This document shows, piece by piece, positions 23,450 to 29,311 of a stretch of 42,508 nucleotides of DNA (its first letter is position 1; the number at the start of each line of letters is the position of its first letter). Under the pieces are notes generated by a model. The model made no database searches. It was not told the origin of the DNA and saw only the letters and a program-made list of their open reading frames with translations. A program made the translations under genes and the position numbers. The stretch is from a virus: the IMG/VR virus record IMGVR_UViG_3300027852_000018, positions 1 to 42,508 of that record; one strand, given 5' to 3'.

Positions 23450-23478
23450 TTGCATTGCCTTTATCTTGCTGCTATTAT
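23450..23478 (+). promoter_or_regulatory. Rightward early promoter TTGCAT-N17-(TGc)TATTAT
   Basis: Read directly, ~19 nt upstream of ATG 23497. It has the same TGCTATTAT -10 as the leftward promoter. Confidence 0.6.
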
Positions 23479-23496
23479 TAGTTCAGGAGACCAAAT

Positions 23497-23871
23497 ATGT
23501 CTAAATCAAAAGAAGTAAGTAAAGAACAACGACTTAAAGAGCGTGAAAGAAAAGTGCTTAGAGAGATTGTAGAGTTAGCCGGGGGCCAGGTTTCACTTGC
23601 TGAGAAATTAGCCAGAAAAACAAAGCGGCCAATAAATCAAAGTCACATTTCAAATATGATTAACGTTTATAAGGCTCCTATGCCGCCTGCTGAGCTTGTT
23701 ATTCCGATGGAAAAGATTGTTAATAGGCAAGTGACACGGCATAAAGCAAGACCTGACCTGTACCCATATGAGCCGCCTGACGTGTATCCGGTTAGATACC
23801 CTCACAATGCAAAAACGCTTGCTGAGTATTTTGAACGTGAAACGGCTTATCGATTGAAAAACAATATTTAA
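23497..23871 (+). CDS. Cro/YdaS-like helix-turn-helix regulator
   Basis: GGQVSLAEKLARKT...QSHISNMIN then VTRHKARPDLYP, as in the YdaS/Cro family (..VTRHELRPDLYP). Confidence 0.55.
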   Translation: MSKSKEVSKEQRLKERERKVLREIVELAGGQVSLAEKLARKTKRPINQSHISNMINVYKAPMPPAELVIPMEKIVNRQVTRHKARPDLYPYEPPDVYPVRYPHNAKTLAEYFERETAYRLKNNI

Positions 23872-23889
23872 ATATAAAGGGGAAGATAA

Positions 23890-24168
23890 ATGTACATGCT
23901 TATAATTATCGTATCGATATGCGTACTTATTCGACAAGGGTATATATTATATAAGGTTCAATGGGGAGTGCTGATAAGGCAGTACTTAATCGAATGTAAA
24001 GTTAAATACAACAAGTGGCGATATTCATCTGGTTATAGGTGGGTAATTAAATCTTACTTCGTTGATCAAATAGACTTTAAAACTATTGAAAAGCATCGCT
24101 ATAACAGTAATAGTGCATTTGATAGGGGATGCCGAGAGGCTTTATTTAAAATAAGTGCTGGGGAATAA
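23890..24168 (+). CDS. Membrane-anchored hypothetical protein (92 aa)
   Basis: GGGGAAG SD. N-terminal TM segment MLIIIVSICVLI. Confidence 0.5.
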   Translation: MYMLIIIVSICVLIRQGYILYKVQWGVLIRQYLIECKVKYNKWRYSSGYRWVIKSYFVDQIDFKTIEKHRYNSNSAFDRGCREALFKISAGE

Positions 24169-24169
24169 A

Positions 24170-24367
24170 ATGGATGATTTTGATAAAATGTATAAGCAAT
24201 CCTTGAGGAGTCACAGAGCCAGGAGCAAAAAAATACTGGCCGAAAACGAAAGGGCTTATGATTCACTTAACGATAAATCCAGCAAGTATGCTAGGACAAT
24301 AAAAACTTTGCAGGACTTACACAAGCGAGCCCATGAAGTATATAAAAATGCTTCTAATGAAATATAA
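24170..24367 (+). CDS. Hypothetical helical protein (65 aa)
   Basis: ATG within the GGGGAATAAAATG junction cassette. Confidence 0.5.
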   Translation: MDDFDKMYKQSLRSHRARSKKILAENERAYDSLNDKSSKYARTIKTLQDLHKRAHEVYKNASNEI

Positions 24368-24404
24368 TACATTTAAAATAAGTGCAGGGCTGTGATAAGC
24401 GCCT

Positions 24405-24413
24405 TGTTATATT
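24405..24413 (+). promoter_or_regulatory. Extended -10-like element TGTTATATT
   Basis: It places a TSS at ~24419-24421, the 5' end of the tRNA-like element. No -35. Confidence 0.3.
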
Positions 24414-24418
24414 TTGAA

Positions 24419-24505
24419 GTGGCTTGCAGGTAGCCACTAAGCACGGCGCAAAAATAGAAGCCTTAGCGGGCTTTAAAATGGGCTCGACTCCCATGAGCTA
24501 CACCA
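24419..24505 (+). other. tRNA-like element: 7-bp acceptor-type stem, anticodon-type arm, T-arm, discriminator A and encoded CCA; not a canonical tRNA
   Basis: GTGGCTT (24419..25) pairs with GAGCTAC (24495..501), including 2 G-U pairs. T-arm ATGGG-CTCGACT-CCCAT. AAGCC-ttagcg-GGCTT arm with a 6-nt loop. No D-arm; 32 nt where 19 are expected. Confidence 0.35.
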
Positions 24506-24545
24506 AAATATAACACCACACTATACAGATACACAAGGGAATAAC

Positions 24546-24761
24546 ATGAACTGGCTTCGGGATAGTGCAAAGTTTGGGATAGATGCCTTTTTATTAACTG
24601 TCTGCTTGTTGTTTTCTCTATCTTTGGTGATCATGCCAATGTTTGGGATTGCCGCTCTTGTGGACATACACGCAGCCTGGTTTCTGTTATATATTCCATG
24701 GGTGCTAACACTGGATATTACTAGCAAGCCACTTATGGCGTTTTTTGGTTATGGGGAATAA
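24546..24761 (+). CDS. Small multi-pass membrane protein (71 aa)
   Basis: AAGGGAA SD. Two to three hydrophobic segments. Confidence 0.55.
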   Translation: MNWLRDSAKFGIDAFLLTVCLLFSLSLVIMPMFGIAALVDIHAAWFLLYIPWVLTLDITSKPLMAFFGYGE

Positions 24762-24762
24762 A

Positions 24763-24909
24763 ATGAATGACGCAACTGTAGCAACTTCAATATTAGCTGT
24801 AGGTATGGGCTGTATAGCTGCTTATTTAAATGTAAACGGCAAGAGATCCTGGTTTGTTTGGATAGGTGGTTTAATTTGTTATTTATTAATCGTGGTTAAT
24901 GGGGTTTAA
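24763..24909 (+). CDS. Small two-TM membrane protein (48 aa, below track cutoff)
   Basis: ATG in the GGGGAATAAAATG cassette. Translation MNDATVATSILAVGMGCIAAYLNVNGKRSWFVWIGGLICYLLIVVNGV. Confidence 0.5.
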   Translation: MNDATVATSILAVGMGCIAAYLNVNGKRSWFVWIGGLICYLLIVVNGV

Positions 24910-24919
24910 GAGGAATAAA

Positions 24920-25111
24920 ATGAATGAGGATGCAGAAGCATTATTAATGATGCTTATCAGTGATGGGTATTCAAACAGCTCAGGTAGGGTGAGCAAAAAA
25001 ACAGCTATTGCAATGATGAGGTACGTGGGCAAAGATAAAGAGCTTCAACGCTTAGTAAATATCGGGGATAAGTCAGGTATTTTGAGATACAGAGCGAGCA
25101 AAGGAGAATAA
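24920..25111 (+). CDS. Hypothetical protein (63 aa)
   Basis: ATG in the GAGGAATAAAATG cassette. Confidence 0.5.
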   Translation: MNEDAEALLMMLISDGYSNSSGRVSKKTAIAMMRYVGKDKELQRLVNIGDKSGILRYRASKGE

Positions 25112-25112
25112 A

Positions 25113-25451
25113 ATGACCAAATGCCGAGTATCACTAGACGAACTAAACAACGACAAAGGCGACTACACCAGAGAAGATTATATGTACGACCTGGGGCGTA
25201 TTCAAAACAGGGCAACCGATATCATGGCTGATAAAGAGGCTTTCTTTGATTGCCTCGATGAACCCTTTGCAAACAATGAAATATCAGAACATGATGCAGA
25301 TGTAATACATTTAATGTATGAAGTAGATCACCGTTGTAAATTGCATCATTTCCCGTTCAAGGAATATGTATTTAAAGCTGCGTGCTATAAGCTTCAGTTA
25401 TGTTTTGAAGATTATAAAGATGATCTGATGATAGAGGATTGCAACGATTAA
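25113..25451 (+). CDS. Hypothetical acidic protein (112 aa)
   Basis: ATG in the GGAGAATAAAATG cassette. Confidence 0.55.
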   Translation: MTKCRVSLDELNNDKGDYTREDYMYDLGRIQNRATDIMADKEAFFDCLDEPFANNEISEHDADVIHLMYEVDHRCKLHHFPFKEYVFKAACYKLQLCFEDYKDDLMIEDCND

Positions 25452-25453
25452 TC

Positions 25454-25462
25454 TGGTATAAT
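25454..25462 (+). promoter_or_regulatory. Extended -10 promoter element TGGTATAAT
   Basis: Read directly, 3 nt after the stop of 25113..25451. Predicted TSS ~25469. Confidence 0.45.
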
Positions 25463-25468
25463 ATAGGA

Positions 25469-25703
25469 AAAGCGAAGTGATTCAGTTTGAGCTTTTGCGG
25501 AAAGATCGGAAAGGAACACGACGATGAAAAACCCGATCCTCACGCCTTGAGCTATGTAGTAAAGAGCCGGATACGCACAGCAACCACTTTTGTGGAGACC
25601 TGCTGCCAACGTTGCAAAGTCGGTGGTATTGTTCGGTGGACGCGCTCACCAATACCATATGCAAAGGCTCAAACTGAGTCACTACCAAACAAGGATTATT
25701 GCT
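25469..25703 (+). promoter_or_regulatory. Long structured leader RNA (riboswitch-like or processed RNA), class unassigned
   Basis: A 23-bp helix forms between 25476..25498 and 25661..25683, with 2 G-U pairs valid only in the plus-strand RNA. Internal hairpins at 25504..25538, 25578..25605 and 25624..25657. By eye the segment is more GC-rich than its flanks. The ORFs drawn here look non-coding. Confidence 0.5.
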
Positions 25704-26408
25704 ATGTCATTAACTCGTGATTTAACCCGTGATCTTACCAGACCTCTAACCCGTGACTTAACATCAAGTTCCGGTGTTACAAGTAGAAACCTTACTGAGC
25801 TTGTTAGCGCGAGCACCAAGTATTTTTCTTTTCCTGATTGGGTCACAGCTAACAACTATGAAGTGAGAATGAAATACACGCCTAGAAATTTCTCAAATTT
25901 AGCGTTTATCTTAGACCATCCAACTGGAATTTATTCACGAATTTATATAAATACATCAGGGCATCTAGTGACTAGGCATAGCTCAATAACAAAATCAGGG
26001 ACGGTGCAAACACTAACTTTAGATGAGGAGAACTTAATCTATATTATTGTCTCTGGCACATCGTTGAAAGGCTACGTAAATAATGTTTTAACTATTGACA
26101 CAACAGTAACACCTGTGGCGCAGACATTTAAATTTTCAGGGAAAAATTTTGCAGATACATTATATGTTGACGGCATTATATCAGAAATTGAACTTTCATC
26201 TAATGGGGTTCTTGAACGTTACTATAAAGCAAACGAAAGCTGGGCAGGCGCTTCAACCGTTCTCGCTGATTCATCAGGCAGCGGTCAGAATGGTACAGCC
26301 TTTAATATCACTAATGCTGATGCAGAGTCATTCACGTTAAATACAGCAGCAACCCCGGATCAGTGGGAAAATGGGGATCAATCTGTAATTATCCCCATTG
26401 CGTACTAA
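25704..26408 (+). CDS. LamG/concanavalin-like jelly-roll protein with N-terminal (LTRD)n repeats
   Basis: ATG 25704 with AAGGA 8 nt upstream. N-terminus MSLTRDLTRDLTRPLTRDLT. Body has LamG-like strands (SLKGYVNNVL, YVDGIISEIEL). Confidence 0.5.
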   Translation: MSLTRDLTRDLTRPLTRDLTSSSGVTSRNLTELVSASTKYFSFPDWVTANNYEVRMKYTPRNFSNLAFILDHPTGIYSRIYINTSGHLVTRHSSITKSGTVQTLTLDEENLIYIIVSGTSLKGYVNNVLTIDTTVTPVAQTFKFSGKNFADTLYVDGIISEIELSSNGVLERYYKANESWAGASTVLADSSGSGQNGTAFNITNADAESFTLNTAATPDQWENGDQSVIIPIAY

Positions 26409-28402
26409 ACTCCATCATAAACTGAAATACGCCAATCTTTTGCGTCAACATTCGCTGTGGCTATAATTCTGCATGTATGCCCCGTAGGGTTTACTACATA
26501 AGTAGCCCCGCCCATCACTGTCCACCCATCTGCCGCGTCTGTAGCGTCCAATTGAAGGGTTTGCGCACCCAATGTTAACGCTGGGTTACTGTCTCCAACT
26601 ATATTGAAATCTATAGCTGTGTGCCCAAATAATCGATTAAAATCATCTGCGTGTGTTAGCGTCCAAGTGGATGGTGCTGTGGATACAACCCAGTACGAAG
26701 GATCTTTGCTTTCTAAATATAATATTTGGGTTGATGATTTGGAGTTTCTTCCTGCTTGCTTATATTCGTATTGGCCAGTGTTATACCCGAATATTATACC
26801 TCTTAAGGACTCATATACAGGGTTAAGTTTATTAGATGTATATCGAGGTCCTATTGAAACATTTTTTGCAATACCGTCAGTGTAGTGGCCGTTTAACGTC
26901 AACCCGCTGTCTGTATCATTAGTTAGCTTAACAAAATCAAAATCTGTTGCCCCGCCGCCTTCCGCGTACACACCATTGATAACCCCGCCTTTATTGGCTG
27001 ACCCTCTATTCGACCCGTGCAAAACAGCTATTAGATCAAACTGTGATATCTGACCAGTAATAAGAGGATTATATAAAGATGAAAGCCTTATGCCGACACC
27101 GCATCTTGTAGTGTCCGCATGAGCGCAAGAAACAAGCCCGGTATCATTGCCAATGAATCGTATCCCACCTCCAATGACATACGCAAGAGTTCCGGCGGAA
27201 CCAATTGTGTTATCTATCCATGGGTGTACATCTACTGTCCCCGCGCCGGAATCAACTGCTCTAATGTGGTATAGCTCAGAATTAATTATCAACATGTCAT
27301 CGACAACAACTTCAGGTGGCAGGTTGTCTACGTCTATCGTAGTCGTTTGAGTGACTGATCCTGATGAACCGTTATTTACAATATTTGACCAGTTGGCTGT
27401 TACAGCTCCACTGCCAGACTTTTCCCAGGTTCCGCAGTCTTTAGCTCTTACTAGCCCGAGCTCTGCCAGATTATTACTTAAACCGCCTCCTAAACTACTT
27501 ACATCTATACCCCAACTTTTTGCATTTCTTGCATCTATAAAATCAAATTTAGCACGCGATACTAAACTTAAATGTATTGCTGTATCACACGTCCGTTCGC
27601 TATAATTTACACCACCTGTACCCCAAACTTTAAGTCTACCAATGAATCTAGTAGTAACAACGTTGGTTATCGATAAAACTATTGTTATTGCTTCAGTAGC
27701 CGTAATTTTTACATTAAGCTCGCATCTTTCAAGACCTGTGCCTGTCCACGTTAAACCCTGTGAGGTGAGCATGTCCCCAACTATTTCGCTCTCAGCAACC
27801 GAGTTAGTTTCACAATAGTAAAAGAAAGCCTGAAGCCTGGCGTAATCATCCCCGCCCGTAGGTAGCCCAAAGCCTTTTGTCGATACTACCCCTTTAACCC
27901 AAACCTGCTCAAACCTGAAATTCAATGTATCGTGATTAATAACACTGCCGCCGTCATCTGTACCGGTTCCAGAAAGGCAGTTAAAATATAATGGGCCTGC
28001 ATTTCTTCCGCTTGCGTAGTCTTTGAGAATGTAATAATCGCCTGCTGTTGCTGAAGCGTCTGCCGTCATGTTGGCGACATAATCCAGGTTTTTGTTTGTC
28101 CCTGTAGCTGATGTCAGCCCATTTGGCACGTAATCAGGGATGGTGTACATCGTTGAACCGTCATCATCCTTAACAACGATTTTATAAATTATGCCATTGT
28201 CGTAATAAATATCAGTTGCAGGTACGCCGCCCGTTGTAAGCGTTAATGATGTACCACCAAGAGTTCCGGTATCATCGGTATAATAGGGCGTTGGTGTGCT
28301 GGTGCCTTCAAGATAGAATTCAATGGTTCCGCCCGCCATTGGGCGACCAGTGATATAATCCATGAATTGCGGCTTGAATGGTTCGCCTTTTACATACGCC
28401 AT
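26405..28402 (-). CDS. Tailspike / depolymerase-like receptor-binding protein (665 aa)
   Basis: Last gene of the late operon with a P22 gp9-like size. N-terminal 85 aa shared with 28406..29311. KGFGLPTGGDDYARLQAFFYY resembles the pectate-lyase-3 tailspike entry motif. Beta-helix-like repeats. Confidence 0.6.
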   Translation of the reverse strand: MAYVKGEPFKPQFMDYITGRPMAGGTIEFYLEGTSTPTPYYTDDTGTLGGTSLTLTTGGVPATDIYYDNGIIYKIVVKDDDGSTMYTIPDYVPNGLTSATGTNKNLDYVANMTADASATAGDYYILKDYASGRNAGPLYFNCLSGTGTDDGGSVINHDTLNFRFEQVWVKGVVSTKGFGLPTGGDDYARLQAFFYYCETNSVAESEIVGDMLTSQGLTWTGTGLERCELNVKITATEAITIVLSITNVVTTRFIGRLKVWGTGGVNYSERTCDTAIHLSLVSRAKFDFIDARNAKSWGIDVSSLGGGLSNNLAELGLVRAKDCGTWEKSGSGAVTANWSNIVNNGSSGSVTQTTTIDVDNLPPEVVVDDMLIINSELYHIRAVDSGAGTVDVHPWIDNTIGSAGTLAYVIGGGIRFIGNDTGLVSCAHADTTRCGVGIRLSSLYNPLITGQISQFDLIAVLHGSNRGSANKGGVINGVYAEGGGATDFDFVKLTNDTDSGLTLNGHYTDGIAKNVSIGPRYTSNKLNPVYESLRGIIFGYNTGQYEYKQAGRNSKSSTQILYLESKDPSYWVVSTAPSTWTLTHADDFNRLFGHTAIDFNIVGDSNPALTLGAQTLQLDATDAADGWTVMGGATYVVNPTGHTCRIIATANVDAKDWRISVYDGV

Positions 28403-28405
28403 TTA

Positions 28406-29311
28406 TTAAACCTTCATTAGTTCAGCATAAAATTTAGAATGGGCTGCAAGCGTGGCGGCTTGAGTTGTGTCCTGGTTTTTAAAGAAAATTTTATAATAAT
28501 CCGTAGCAACGCAATCAAGCCATAGTGTATCAAGGTTCCAGCTTAATCTATTGGTGTTATTAAATGACATGGTAACATTATGCAGTGATGCCCCATTATT
28601 TTTTGCAATGCCGTAAGTTATAAAAGGTGACCCACCTGTCGGTGCCACGGCATAATTCGCTGACATTTCACAATGGAATCTTATTCTGTTGTATTCAGCA
28701 GTCACCGTTATGCGGCTATTATTAACGGTGTCGCTATGTGACCCCGCCTCATCCCTTACTTCAGAATCCCAGGCCGGGTAGATAACAGAGTTGGCTGGTA
28801 CATTTTGTGTGGTAGAATGCCCCAGCTCAACACGCGCCCCGATCCTGTTAGTATCTGAATAACCCTTCCTAACTAAATCTTCATCGTCTACCGGAGTGAT
28901 GCCTTTAATTTGTCCTGTAACTGTTCCGCCTGCCAAGGGCAGTTTTAAGGCTGTATTCGCAGTATTTGTGGAAATATTCGAAGTATTAATGGCAATATTA
29001 GCTGTGTTTGTAGCTACTTGGTCTTGGTTTGAAACAACATAAGGATCAAGTGTATGAATGGTAGAAGTTAAAGCATCTTTTAAAACCAGCTTATAAGATA
29101 CTGATGTATCGTAATAAATATCAGTTGGTGGCATACCTCCTGAATCCAGGGTTAATGAGTTCCCGCCACCTGTTCCGATATCATCGGTGTAAAATGCAGT
29201 AGGTGTGCTGGTTCCGCTTACGTAAAACTCTATAGTTCCACTTGCCATTAATACGCCCGTGGCTGGGTCGTGGAATTGGGGTTTAAACGGTTGACCTTTA
29301 ACGTATGCCAT
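28406..29311 (-). CDS. Tail fibre protein (301 aa) sharing the N-terminal anchor domain
   Basis: MAYVKGQPFKPQF...IYYD paralogous N-terminus. NTANIAINTSNISTNTANTALKLPLAGGTVTGQI is a fibre-type repeat. Confidence 0.6.
   Translation of the reverse strand: MAYVKGQPFKPQFHDPATGVLMASGTIEFYVSGTSTPTAFYTDDIGTGGGNSLTLDSGGMPPTDIYYDTSVSYKLVLKDALTSTIHTLDPYVVSNQDQVATNTANIAINTSNISTNTANTALKLPLAGGTVTGQIKGITPVDDEDLVRKGYSDTNRIGARVELGHSTTQNVPANSVIYPAWDSEVRDEAGSHSDTVNNSRITVTAEYNRIRFHCEMSANYAVAPTGGSPFITYGIAKNNGASLHNVTMSFNNTNRLSWNLDTLWLDCVATDYYKIFFKNQDTTQAATLAAHSKFYAELMKV

Noticed and set aside
23650-23937. The 95-aa minus-strand ORF opposite the Cro-like gene.
   Set aside because: It is antisense to a motif-supported gene and lies upstream of the leftward promoter, so it has no transcription or translation signals.
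24419-24505. Calling this a bona fide tRNA gene.
   Set aside because: No D-stem can be drawn. The anticodon-type loop is 6 nt. C replaces the universal T54. There are 13 extra nucleotides in the 5' half. It is kept only as a tRNA-like element.
24455-24505. Interpreting the tRNA 3'-half-like sequence as a functional attP site.
   Set aside because: No integrase or excisionase partner is present in the closed genome, and the T-loop deviates from a genuine tRNA. A decayed remnant cannot be excluded without host genomes.
25578-25610. Naming the leader a cobalamin (or c-di-GMP) riboswitch on the basis of GGAGACCUGC and ACGCACAG substrings.
   Set aside because: Only short strings match remembered consensus elements. 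The other conserved blocks and the helix topology do not fit. The class is left unassigned pending covariance-model searches.
25482-25720. ORFs 25482..25688 (-), 25487..25720 (+) and the 25590 start of the LamG-like ORF.
   Set aside because: Their translations look non-protein-like (Arg/Cys/His-rich) and have no SD. The region is explained better by the 23-bp helix and hairpins. The LamG-like gene has a proper AAGGA-N8-ATG at 25704.
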